From: an uncultured bacterium
Lineage (GTDB): Bacteria > Bacillota > CAZWXO01
Direction of reading: 5' to 3'
DNA length: 64,000 bases
Assembly: GCA_964637885.1 (NCBI GenBank)
Contig: CAZWXO010000001.1
Coordinates: forward strand, 112,731-176,730
In this document: positions 1-8,629 of the stretch, piece by piece
How the letters are laid out: each line of letters starts with the position of its first letter
Position numbering within the stretch: position 1 is the first letter of the stretch
Position numbers and translations under genes: made by a program
Notes under the pieces: generated by a model
Told to the model about the DNA's origin: nothing
What the model saw: only the letters and a program-made list of their open reading frames with translations
Databases searched by the model: none

Positions 1-962
1 TTGTTTGCGAGATTGAGCAAGTGACGAAAAATAGCAATAAATTGAATCTTACGTCGTATAAAAAAGATGAGTTAAAAGTAGCCTGTCAAGAACATAACAC
101 CGATACAATTATATATGATGGATTTATTCACATATCGCAGTTGGTTGCATTCGAAATTGAATCGGGGTTGCATTTAATTGATCGTACAGCATTAATATTG
201 CAAATATTCGCTAACAATGCAATTAGTAAGGAGGCCAAGCTCCAAGTTGAGCTAGCCCAACTGCAGTACCTATTACCACGGTTGAAAGGTAAAGGAATTG
301 CATTATCGCGTTTAGGCGGAGGGATTGGCACAAGAGGGCCTGGGGAAAAAAAACTTGAACACGACCGCAGAATTGCCAGAGAAAAAATACATAAATTAAA
401 ACAAGAAATTACAAAAATACACTTTGTAAACCAAGGGCGCATAAATAAGAGGCATCAATCGAGCATTTCGTCTGTTGTGCTATTGGGCTATACCAATAGT
501 GGTAAAACTACTCTGTTTAATGCCTTGACATCTGAAGCCAGTAAAGCAGAGGATTTATTATTTGCAACGGTTGATACTTTGCATCGAAAAATGGCTTTGC
601 CAAATAATAAATTGATAATGCTGATTGATACGGTTGGATTTATAAGCAACTTGCCACATCAGCTAGTAGATTCTTTTAAATCTACTCTTGCTGAAGCAAA
701 AATTGCTAATTTAGTGTTAGTTGTAATCGATTATGGTCATGATTATTGGCGCGATCAAATGTTAACGGTTAATCGCGTTATGAATGAGCTTGGTATAAAA
801 GAAGAAAAATGTCTTTTTGTTTTCAATAAAGTGGACATGCTGGGTGACGTAAAATGTGAGCCTGTTTTATCAAACGACTTAAGCCAGATTTATATATCGG
901 CCAAGTTCGATACAAATTTAAATCATCTCAGAGACATGATACTTCAAAAATTAGTTGACTAG
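1..962 (+). CDS. hflX: GTPase HflX, 5'-truncated by the window edge
   Basis: The reading frame is open back to nt 1 with no upstream stop. The protein has the HflX N-domain motif (TALILQIFANNAISKEAKLQVELAQLQYLLPRL), a G1 motif (GYTNSGKTTLFNAL), DTVGF and NKVD. The window shows 313 aa, whereas full HflX is about 420 aa. Confidence 0.8.
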   Translation, partial: VCEIEQVTKNSNKLNLTSYKKDELKVACQEHNTDTIIYDGFIHISQLVAFEIESGLHLIDRTALILQIFANNAISKEAKLQVELAQLQYLLPRLKGKGIALSRLGGGIGTRGPGEKKLEHDRRIAREKIHKLKQEITKIHFVNQGRINKRHQSSISSVVLLGYTNSGKTTLFNALTSEASKAEDLLFATVDTLHRKMALPNNKLIMLIDTVGFISNLPHQLVDSFKSTLAEAKIANLVLVVIDYGHDYWRDQMLTVNRVMNELGIKEEKCLFVFNKVDMLGDVKCEPVLSNDLSQIYISAKFDTNLNHLRDMILQKLVD

Positions 963-983
963 ATAAAGGGGGAGGGCAGTCGA

Positions 984-2240
984 GTGAGTGATGAGTTATC
1001 TACTGAACTAAAATTAATAGCTTTGCAAGCTGAGGCAAATTGCTTCGAAGAATTTAAAAATATAGAACAAACTGTCAGCTCAAATTGTCAAAAGCTTTGG
1101 CATGGGTTTCGAAGCTTAGAGGTTAGCAGTAGTGATTTTAATGGCAGCACAGGTTATGGTTATGATGATTATGGCCGAGAAAAATTAGAAAAAGTTTTTT
1201 GTCACGTCTTTAAGACAGAGGCCGCTTTGGTGCGCTGGAACTTTATGTCCGGAACACATGCAATCGCTTGTGTTCTGCAGGGTGTTTTAAAAAGCGGCGA
1301 TCAGATGCTATCATTAACTGGGTTACCCTATGACACATTGCATTCAGTCATTGGTTTACGTCCTACTAGAGGCTCATTGCAGGATACAGGTGTGATTTAC
1401 AAATGGATGGAAATGAGGGACGAAGGGATAAATTATGCGGACATTGAGCGTTATGTGAACAAGGAAACCAAACTTGTTCACATTCAGCGTTCGCGAGGGT
1501 ATAGTGTTCGAAAAGCCCTTTCTATCGAAGAAATTAGGAAAGCAACAACTATTGTAAAAACAATCTGCCCGGAGGCGATAATATTTGTTGACAATTGTTA
1601 TGGCGAATTTACGAACGTTCTCGAACCGACTGAAGTCGGGGCAGATGTTATAGCAGGTTCTTTGATTAAAAATCCCGGTGGGGGGATTGCGCCAACAGGG
1701 GGATACATATGTGGCAATCACGAAATTGTTGAACGAGCTGCGTCACGGCTCACGGCTCCTGGTATCGGTGGTGAGATAGGCTGCACGCTCGGTATTAATC
1801 GATTGCTTTATCAAGGATTCTATTTAGCACCGTTCGTAACTGGTGAGGCGCTCAAATGCGCAGTTTATGCAGCTAATTTGGCTACACTTTTAGGGTATAC
1901 AATTTTTCCAAATATCAAAACAGTCCGGGGGGATATCGTGCAGGCTATCCAGTTCCCAGATGAAGCGACTTTAATCGCTTTTTGCCAAGGGGTGCAGGCA
2001 GGGGGCTGCGTCGATTCGCATATCTCCCCAATACCAGGAGCTATGGCCGGTTATGAAGACTTAATTATTATGGCATCTCCAGGCTTTATTAGCGGATCGT
2101 CTATCGACATTAGTTGCGACGCTCCGCTAAGGAAGCCTTATATTGCCTATTATCAAGGTGGTATGAGCTTTCATTATGGCAAGCTGGCTATTCTGTCAGG
2201 ATTCCAAGAAATAATGAGACGAGGGACCATAATTATTTAG
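984..2240 (+). CDS. PLP-dependent Cys/Met-metabolism family enzyme (YnbB-like 'aluminium resistance protein' family)
   Basis: The 418-aa protein starts at a GTG preceded by the RBS AAGGGGGAGGG. It sits immediately downstream of hflX, as ynbB does in B. subtilis. Length and motifs fit the methionine gamma-lyase-like / aluminium-resistance family. Confidence 0.55.
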   Translation: MSDELSTELKLIALQAEANCFEEFKNIEQTVSSNCQKLWHGFRSLEVSSSDFNGSTGYGYDDYGREKLEKVFCHVFKTEAALVRWNFMSGTHAIACVLQGVLKSGDQMLSLTGLPYDTLHSVIGLRPTRGSLQDTGVIYKWMEMRDEGINYADIERYVNKETKLVHIQRSRGYSVRKALSIEEIRKATTIVKTICPEAIIFVDNCYGEFTNVLEPTEVGADVIAGSLIKNPGGGIAPTGGYICGNHEIVERAASRLTAPGIGGEIGCTLGINRLLYQGFYLAPFVTGEALKCAVYAANLATLLGYTIFPNIKTVRGDIVQAIQFPDEATLIAFCQGVQAGGCVDSHISPIPGAMAGYEDLIIMASPGFISGSSIDISCDAPLRKPYIAYYQGGMSFHYGKLAILSGFQEIMRRGTIII

Positions 2241-2256
2241 AATACTCGATAATGGC

Positions 2257-2910
2257 CTAAAGTGTTCTAAATAAACCAACTAATTTTCCCATAATCCACA
2301 AATTTTCAGGAAAAATTGGTTCAAGCGCATCGTTTTCGGGTTGTAGCCAACATTGACCGCCCTGCTTGCGAAGGGTTTTTATTGTCGCATCTTCTTCATT
2401 AACCATTGCAGCGACAATGTCCCGATCGTTCGCATCGCTCTGTTTGCGAATTATTACGGTATCTCCGTCAAGGATTCCTGCATTGATCATGCTGTCTCCT
2501 CGAATCTTTAACAAAAATTTGTCTCCCGCTGGTAACATCTCTTCGGGAAAAGGGTAGTATTGCTCGATTGATTCAACAGCAAGAATCGGTTGCCCAGCAG
2601 TAATCACTCCAACTAAAGGAAGGTATGATGTTTTCCCCGCGTTTTCATGATTCGGCAACATATCGGACTCAATTTCTCTCGACGTGGTGAAGTTCATCGC
2701 TAGAGAAATTGCTCGATTTTTACTAGGATCTTTCGTTAGGAACCCAAGTTTTTCTAATTTGCGCAGATGGCCATGCACGGTAGAGCTCGAATTCAAGCCA
2801 ACAGCGCTCCCGATTTCTCTAACGGAAGGGGGGTAGCCTTTAAGGGAAATCTCCTGTTCGATAAAATTTAAAATTTCCTTATGTTTTTCGCTAATCTGAC
2901 TTCTATCCAT
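2257..2910 (-). CDS. lexA: LexA repressor (SOS regulator)
   Basis: The ORF-track start at 3099 is too far upstream. The real start is the ATG at 2910 (MDRSQISEKHKEIL...), preceded by the RBS GAGGTGAT. The protein has an N-terminal winged HTH (REIGSAVGLNSSSTVHGHLRKLE) and a C-terminal S24 peptidase domain (GDSMINAGILDGDTVIIRKQ). Confidence 0.9.
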   Translation of the reverse strand: MDRSQISEKHKEILNFIEQEISLKGYPPSVREIGSAVGLNSSSTVHGHLRKLEKLGFLTKDPSKNRAISLAMNFTTSREIESDMLPNHENAGKTSYLPLVGVITAGQPILAVESIEQYYPFPEEMLPAGDKFLLKIRGDSMINAGILDGDTVIIRKQSDANDRDIVAAMVNEEDATIKTLRKQGGQCWLQPENDALEPIFPENLWIMGKLVGLFRTL

Positions 2911-2954
2911 CTTAATCACCTCTCGCATATTATACAATAGCACGCCCCAGTGTG

Positions 2955-3020
2955 CAAACATACGTTCAAGGGTTGACACGAACATTTGTTTGGTTATATA
3001 ATAAACAAAACAAATGTTCG
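2955..3020. promoter_or_regulatory. Divergent lexA / yneA-like promoter region with three LexA (Cheo-type) operator boxes
   Basis: The boxes are GAACGTATGTTT (reverse complement of 2956-2967), CGAACATTTGTTT (2979-2991) and its exact inverted copy AAACAAATGTTCG (3008-3020). All fit the Firmicutes LexA consensus GAAC-N4-GTTC/T. The plus promoter is TTGACA (2973-2978) followed by 18 nt and TATAAT (2997-3002). The minus promoter is TTGCAC with a 17-nt spacer and TATAAT, overlapping box 1. Confidence 0.6.
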
Positions 3021-3031
3021 GGGGTGTAGCA

Positions 3032-3289
3032 ATGAGAAAAAAGATTAACCTAGTAATTGCAGCCTTGTTTTTAATGTTTTGGTTTGGAATTGTCGACATT
3101 TCAGCTGTAGGACATGCTGAGGATAGTTTTTATACTTATGAGGTTAGCCCTGGGGATAGTGCCTGGCAAATTGCGCATAACTGCACTGAAGACAACGTGG
3201 ATTTATTGGCCGAAAGCATCATTGAGTACAATAATCTAAACAGTTCTTCTTTTTTACAACCGGGAATGTTGCTTGAAATCCCAAAATAA
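3032..3289 (+). CDS. yneA: YneA-like SOS cell-division inhibitor (small membrane protein with a LysM domain)
   Basis: It is divergent from lexA, as yneA is in B. subtilis. The 86-aa protein has an N-terminal TM segment (LVIAALFLMFWFGIV) followed by a LysM domain (YEVSPGDSAWQIAH...LQPGMLLEIP). I place the start at ATG 3032 (MRKKINL) because the ORF-track start at 3014 lies inside a LexA box. Confidence 0.6.
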   Translation: MRKKINLVIAALFLMFWFGIVDISAVGHAEDSFYTYEVSPGDSAWQIAHNCTEDNVDLLAESIIEYNNLNSSSFLQPGMLLEIPK

Positions 3290-3328
3290 ATCCATATATT
3301 GAGCAAATAATAACCCTTGTCGGCCATT

Positions 3329-3357
3329 TGACCAATGGATTGACCTGCTGTATAATT
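3329..3357 (+). promoter_or_regulatory. Candidate sigma-A promoter for metF
   Basis: TTGACC, then a 17-nt spacer (aatggattgacctgctg), then TATAAT. About 110 nt of leader lie between it and the metF ATG. Confidence 0.35.
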
Positions 3358-3468
3358 CACCAATACGTCTTTAGCAGCCTCTTGTCGTGACACAGGGGGC
3401 TGTATTTGCGATTAACGGATATTTAATACGTCAACAGAAAATTGTTATTGGGGAAGGCTGGCATTCGT

Positions 3469-4341
3469 ATGATAAGAGATTTATTAAAGCAAAAAAGAGG
3501 TTCTGTTTCTTTTGAAGTATTTCCACCTAAACGTGATGGAAATTTGGAGAACGTAAAATCTTGTGTTGATCGATTGGCAAAGCTATCGCCTGACTTCATA
3601 AGCGTTACCTATGGTGCGAATGGAGGAGGCGGCAAAAATTATACAATGGAAATTGCGGAGCACGTAAAAAAATGCGGGGTTCGCCCATTGGCTCATTTAA
3701 CAGCTACAGGCCACACGCAAAGACAAATTAAAACTATCCTGGATAGCCTGGAAGAGAAAAATTTACTCAGCGTTCTTGCTTTGCGCGGTGATATGCCGCT
3801 TGAGGATGCGGATGAGGATGGTATATGTGATTTTAGCTACGCTTCAGATTTAGTGCGATTTATTCGCCATTACAAGGGTGAAAAATTTGAAATCTGCGGA
3901 GCATGCTACCCTGAAGGCCATATTGATTGCGATTGCCTTGAAAGCGATGTCGAAAACTTGCGCAGGAAAGTGGATGAAGGCGCCGATTTCTTGATAAGCC
4001 AATTGTTTTTTGAGAATAATATATTTTTTGAATTTTTAGATTTAATCAAGAAAAAGAACATCAATATTCCGATTATTGCTGGGATAATGCCGGCTTTAAA
4101 TGCAAAACAAATTATTCACATTCTCTCTTTATGCAATGCAAAATTCCCCAAAAAATTCTCACGAATATTAGCAAAGTACGAGGAGAAGCCGGAAGCTCTG
4201 TTCGATGCCGGAGTAGCCTTTGCCACTGAGCAGGTTATTGATTTACTTGCGGCTGAAATCGACGGCATTCACATCTACACGATGAATCGTCCTGAGGTTG
4301 CAGAAAGGATTCATGCAAATATTTTACAAGTCATAATGTAA
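3469..4341 (+). CDS. metF: 5,10-methylenetetrahydrofolate reductase
   Basis: The protein carries MTHFR family motifs (SFEVFPPK, ISVTYGANGG, LAHLTATGHT). The start is ATG 3469 with a GGGGAAGG RBS. The ORF-track start at 3442 is a TTG with no RBS. Confidence 0.85.
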   Translation: MIRDLLKQKRGSVSFEVFPPKRDGNLENVKSCVDRLAKLSPDFISVTYGANGGGGKNYTMEIAEHVKKCGVRPLAHLTATGHTQRQIKTILDSLEEKNLLSVLALRGDMPLEDADEDGICDFSYASDLVRFIRHYKGEKFEICGACYPEGHIDCDCLESDVENLRRKVDEGADFLISQLFFENNIFFEFLDLIKKKNINIPIIAGIMPALNAKQIIHILSLCNAKFPKKFSRILAKYEEKPEALFDAGVAFATEQVIDLLAAEIDGIHIYTMNRPEVAERIHANILQVIM

Positions 4342-4381
4342 CAAGTTATAATGTGAATAGAGAATGTTAGGAGATGAGGAA

Positions 4382-5275
4382 ATGAGTAAAAATTTACCTG
4401 ACCTGAGGCAGGTTATTGAATCAGGATCCCCATTGCTGATTGATACAGCAATGGGGACAAGCTTACTTCAGCGAGGCATGAGCTCTGGATCAATCGCCGA
4501 AGAATACAATTTCGATTTTCCGAAGGTTGTCGAAGAAATCCATCGACTAAACATCGATGCAGGCGCTGACATCATCTGCTGCAACACCTTTGGGGCCAAC
4601 AAGCACAAGCTCTCTGACAAGAATATGGAAGTTTCTTGCGTTATTGAAGAAGCAGTCAAAATTGCTCGTAAAGCTAGCGAAGGAAGGGCTTGGGTGGCTC
4701 TCGACATAGGGCCAATTGGGAAAATGTTGAAACCTTACGGAGATATGGAAATAAAAGAAGCCCGACATGCATTCGCTGAACAAGTACAATTAGGGTGTAG
4801 CTCCGATGTAGATTTAATAATAATTGAAACTATGTACGATCTGGAGGAGTTGGCAATTGCGGCTGAACAGGCCAAGATACACGGCCAAGGAAAACCTGTT
4901 TTTTGCTCAGTTACAATACAAAACAAAGATCGGACGTTAATGGGAAATTCAATCAATGATGTTGCGACGCGTCTTATCGATTTGAAGATAGATGCATTCG
5001 GCATTAACTGCGGGTTCGGTCCAGCACAAATGAAAGGCTTGACCAATGCCTTATTAGCAGCTAACCAAGGTAGAATACGGTCACTGATGCAACCAAATGC
5101 GGGACTGCCGAAAATAAACGCAGAGCAGCAGGCTTACTATGACATGCCAGTTGACGAATACTGCGCTATTATGCTAGAAATATTTGCAAGCGGGGTAACA
5201 ATTTTAGGAGGGTGTTGCGGTACAACGCCTGAATATTTAAAGCAACTTCGACAAGGTATTCCGCGTGCTTTTTAA
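4382..5275 (+). CDS. Homocysteine S-methyltransferase (Hcy-binding, MetH N-terminal-like) domain protein
   Basis: The protein has the S-methyl_trans domain (IDTAMGT..., ICCNTFGAN, and a C-terminal GGCCGTTPEY zinc/Hcy-binding motif). There is no B12-binding domain. The start is ATG 4382 with the RBS AGGAGATGAGG. It lies 40 nt after metF. Confidence 0.75.
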   Translation: MSKNLPDLRQVIESGSPLLIDTAMGTSLLQRGMSSGSIAEEYNFDFPKVVEEIHRLNIDAGADIICCNTFGANKHKLSDKNMEVSCVIEEAVKIARKASEGRAWVALDIGPIGKMLKPYGDMEIKEARHAFAEQVQLGCSSDVDLIIIETMYDLEELAIAAEQAKIHGQGKPVFCSVTIQNKDRTLMGNSINDVATRLIDLKIDAFGINCGFGPAQMKGLTNALLAANQGRIRSLMQPNAGLPKINAEQQAYYDMPVDEYCAIMLEIFASGVTILGGCCGTTPEYLKQLRQGIPRAF

Positions 5276-5301
5276 TGCAACGTCCTATAATAAATGTTAT
5301 G

Positions 5302-6267
5302 TTATTTACACTGAGATTTTGGCCACTTCATTATGCTGGCAATTTGCTTTTCAAAATAGTTTTTCAAGTTCGTCAATACAATGCACGCAATCAGTATAAT
5401 AACAATGCTGACTATTCTTTGCCCGGGAATAATTAACTGTAGGTAATAGAGAATTAAAATATGCGGCAAATAAATACCAAAGGTCCTCTCGCCTATATAG
5501 GCGAGCTCATCTTTAAAAATTGCCCCGTTTTTGTTGTAGTATAGCGCGATTAAAAGCAATAATCCGAGCGACATCGGCCATAATGCAAATTTATTAAATA
5601 AATAACCTACGTGCCCGATCGCGTATGGCTGAATGATTCCAAAAAGGAATAATGAGATTGCTGTTAAGATAGTAATTCGAGGATGTTTTCGGCAAAAGCT
5701 TATAATAGCGGGCGATTCAGCAATCAGCATCCCTATTGCCACAAACCCCCACCATTTTGCTGGATTTGGTCCGCTATACGGAATAATTCGGATTTGCTCA
5801 GCTTTGCTTATTTCAAGGATGATGGTTAAGGTTAAGTTTGATAAAATCATAAACCAGATGATTATTCTGCGGTAAATGGCTGGAATGAAATACAGCAGCG
5901 GTAGAAATATTGCAAAAATCATGTAATGAAACATGAAGTATAAATGAATCGCCGTTTTACCTAAAATTACATCTTCAAGTGTAAAGCTTTTCGCCGTGAC
6001 AAGTAGATAAAAAATTCCGTAGAATACTGCCCATACCAGATATGGAATGTAAGCTTTTTTTACTTTTTTAAATGTATTGCTTAACCACGGCTTAGGCTTT
6101 GGTGAATAAAGAAAATATCCTTGAAGTATAAAAAAAGCCGGGACTGACCACATAGCTATTTCTCTTATAAAAATTGCTCCAGGATCTGAAAATCCCCGAT
6201 ACGTGTGTGAAAAAACCACCGAAATTATTGCCAGCCCTTTAATCGCATCAAACATTTTGTTTCTCAT
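5302..6267 (-). CDS. Acyltransferase family 3 (OatA-like) integral membrane protein
   Basis: The 321-aa protein is polytopic. Its N-terminal GLAIISVVFSHTYRG motif is typical of the acyltransferase_3 family. Confidence 0.6.
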   Translation of the reverse strand: MRNKMFDAIKGLAIISVVFSHTYRGFSDPGAIFIREIAMWSVPAFFILQGYFLYSPKPKPWLSNTFKKVKKAYIPYLVWAVFYGIFYLLVTAKSFTLEDVILGKTAIHLYFMFHYMIFAIFLPLLYFIPAIYRRIIIWFMILSNLTLTIILEISKAEQIRIIPYSGPNPAKWWGFVAIGMLIAESPAIISFCRKHPRITILTAISLFLFGIIQPYAIGHVGYLFNKFALWPMSLGLLLLIALYYNKNGAIFKDELAYIGERTFGIYLPHILILYYLQLIIPGQRIVSIVIILIACIVLTNLKNYFEKQIASIMKWPKSQCK

Positions 6268-6304
6268 TTTTTGTCATTTCCTTCGCACTAGATTTAATAT
6301 ACTA

Positions 6305-6339
6305 ATTGACAAAAGTCAGTCAATGCAATAAAATATCAC
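6305..6339 (+). promoter_or_regulatory. Candidate sigma-A promoter for tRNA-Trp
   Basis: TTGACA, then 17 nt, then TAAAAT, positioned about 15 nt upstream of the tRNA 5' end. Confidence 0.4.
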
Positions 6340-6353
6340 CTGTGTCGCCATAT

Positions 6354-6428
<75 letters not shown>

Positions 6429-6549
6429 TATTTCTTTCATCCGCGCTGAAAAGGTTGCGGTTTTTTTGTTTCCATTTAAGCTTTTTTCAAGTAAAATGCT
6501 AGAAGGAAACCCTACCCTAAGCACCACGCAAAAAAGGAGGAATTGTATT

Positions 6550-6969
6550 ATGTCGTTAATCGATCAGGTATCCCAGGACACAGAAAAACGCAATTTTATT
6601 CGCACTTCTTTTTCGTCTACAGCAAATTTAGTTCAGGGCAGTTTTACCACTAAGGCTGAAATTTTGGACGTGAGCATCAAGGGATTACAAATAAAAACAA
6701 GCGAAGAAATTCCAAATGATGTTGAACCAGTTGAAATTACGGTGAATTTGGCAGGCGCCAACTCTCATGTTACGTTGTATTTTATTGCTGAAATTGTTCG
6801 TAAAACTGAAGCAGGCTATGGCATTCATATGAAAAACATTGATTTTGATTCATTCGTTCTTTTACGCAATTTAATTGGTTATATTTCACAAGAAGAAAAA
6901 TCGAAACTTTTTACAGAATATTTAAACACGATTGAAAGCTATCGAGGCGAACCTGTTCAAGGGGAATAA
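6550..6969 (+). CDS. PilZ-domain (c-di-GMP-binding) protein
   Basis: It has the RxxxR motif (KRNFIR) and the DxSxxG motif (LDVSIKGL) about 30 aa apart. The start is ATG 6550, preceded by AAAAAGGAGG. The 140-aa protein has no other domain. Confidence 0.6.
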   Translation: MSLIDQVSQDTEKRNFIRTSFSSTANLVQGSFTTKAEILDVSIKGLQIKTSEEIPNDVEPVEITVNLAGANSHVTLYFIAEIVRKTEAGYGIHMKNIDFDSFVLLRNLIGYISQEEKSKLFTEYLNTIESYRGEPVQGE

Positions 6970-6984
6970 AAATCCCTCTCCCAA

Positions 6985-7764
6985 TTATTTTTGATAAAAG
7001 AAGGGTGAAATTGATTTAAAACCTATTTCCATATAATTGGGAATCCGCTCTGTCCCCCCTACAAAAAGGACTCCTCCGGTTTTCAGCGCATTAAAGAATT
7101 TTACGTATAGCTTGTCTTTGGCTTCTTCCGTAAAGTATATGACTACGTTTCGACACAGAATTAGATCAAATTCTTTTTCAAACGGTTCGTTTAAGAGATC
7201 GTGAATTTTAAAGTCAACCTTGGCTCTAATTTTTTCACTGAGAATAAATTGTTTTTCGCTTGTTTGAAAATATTTTGCACTTCTTTGTGGGCTTACCTGT
7301 CCCATTTCATTTTCCCCATAAACCCCTGCTTTTGCTTTTTTAAGCATTTCGTCATCAATATCGGTTGCTAGAAATTTATGCCTTCCGTTAGGAGTAAGTT
7401 CATCCAAAATGATAGCTAGAGAATATACCTCGGCTCCGTTGGAACATCCAGCACTCCATATTTTTAAACTTCCATTCGCATTTTTATTTAATAAGTTGGG
7501 TAAGACACTTTTTTCGAGTTCAGTAAATTTTATTGGGGTGCGGAAAAATTCAGTTACATTAATGGTGAAATAGTTTAAGAAATCTTTTCTTGCTTTTGCA
7601 TCCTTTTCTAAGATGCGGCAGTACTCATCGAAGGTGTCAACTCCCAGGCGTTTTAGCAGCGTTCCTATCCGTCTTTCTGCCTGTTTTTGCTTGTAGCTGG
7701 TCAAGTCGATGCCAGTAATCTCAAATGCCTTTGTTTTAAAACCTTCGTAGTCCATTTCTAACAT
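6985..7764 (-). CDS. cheR: Chemotaxis protein methyltransferase CheR
   Basis: It has the CheR N-domain and a SAM-binding domain (IWSAGCSNGAEVYSLAI, LCRNVVIYF). Confidence 0.85.
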   Translation of the reverse strand: MLEMDYEGFKTKAFEITGIDLTSYKQKQAERRIGTLLKRLGVDTFDEYCRILEKDAKARKDFLNYFTINVTEFFRTPIKFTELEKSVLPNLLNKNANGSLKIWSAGCSNGAEVYSLAIILDELTPNGRHKFLATDIDDEMLKKAKAGVYGENEMGQVSPQRSAKYFQTSEKQFILSEKIRAKVDFKIHDLLNEPFEKEFDLILCRNVVIYFTEEAKDKLYVKFFNALKTGGVLFVGGTERIPNYMEIGFKSISPFFYQK

Positions 7765-7804
7765 CCTCCTCTATATCATGCGATGTCATGACGTTAATAT
7801 CGGG

Positions 7805-8617
7805 CTAGAACTGATAGATATCTAGCCGACGATCTTTGAGAAACGGGAGTTTTTGCCTGAGAGCGGATGCCTCAGATGGATCAATCACACATGTATAAAT
7901 ATTACTTGCTTCAGGAGCTTCAAAGATGACGTCTCCCCACGGATTGATGACCATCGAATGTCCAAAAAAACTGCCAATTTGATCTTCGCCTGATCGATTG
8001 GCTGCTATTACAAAAGCTTGATTTTCAATTGCTCTAGCTATCAACAAACTCCTCCAGTGATGCATTCTGGGATTAGGCCACTGAGCTACGATTATAAAAA
8101 TATTTGTCCCCTGCTCAGCCATTTTTCTAAATATTTCCGGGAACCGCAGGTCATAGCAAATAAACTGCGAGATAATAGCTTCGTTTCCAATACTGACCTT
8201 GTTAAACTTATCCCCGGGTTGCATGTATTTTTCTTCTTGCATCAAACGGAAAAGGTGCATTTTGCTGTATTCATTGATTATTTTTCCTTTGGGATCGATC
8301 ATAAATGTTGTGTTAAAAACACCTGTTTTCTTTTTTAAGTAAGTCGGACACCAAGGCAAACTACCAGGGACAATATATGCTCCTAGTTTAATCGCGTATT
8401 TTTTCAATAATTCAATTATTTCTGGAGTTCTTTGGGCGTATTCGTCTAAACTGATCAGGTCGTAGCCGCAGGACCACATCTCGGGCAGAATTATAACGTG
8501 TAACTCAAAATTGTCAACTTTCTCAAGTGATTCCAGGATAGCGCAGACATTATTTATGTTGACATCAACTTGCCCAAACTTAATATCGAGTTGCAGAATA
8601 CTAATTTTCATAGCCAT
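7805..8617 (-). CDS. Carbon-nitrogen hydrolase (nitrilase / omega-amidase superfamily)
   Basis: The protein shows the conserved E-K-C order of the CN_hydrolase fold (ILPEMW...; K in KMHLF; C in QFICYDLRFPE). Confidence 0.75.
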   Translation of the reverse strand: MAMKISILQLDIKFGQVDVNINNVCAILESLEKVDNFELHVIILPEMWSCGYDLISLDEYAQRTPEIIELLKKYAIKLGAYIVPGSLPWCPTYLKKKTGVFNTTFMIDPKGKIINEYSKMHLFRLMQEEKYMQPGDKFNKVSIGNEAIISQFICYDLRFPEIFRKMAEQGTNIFIIVAQWPNPRMHHWRSLLIARAIENQAFVIAANRSGEDQIGSFFGHSMVINPWGDVIFEAPEASNIYTCVIDPSEASALRQKLPFLKDRRLDIYQF

Positions 8618-8629
8618 CTTTCCTCAATG

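Noticed and set aside
3014-3031. ORF-track start for the LysM gene at 3014, and similar long-start calls (lexA 3099, metF 3442, glyS 49359, hom 27499, ccpN 47089, EF-G 11615)
   Set aside because: Each upstream start lacks an RBS and runs through a promoter, an operator or a neighbouring gene. Downstream starts with a good RBS match homolog N-termini.
3290-3468. SAM-I (S-box) riboswitch upstream of metF
   Set aside because: The GGAGGGA, GGTGC and AGAG-closing elements of the S-box consensus are absent. Only a generic hairpin is present. The region is reported under findings as an unclassified leader.
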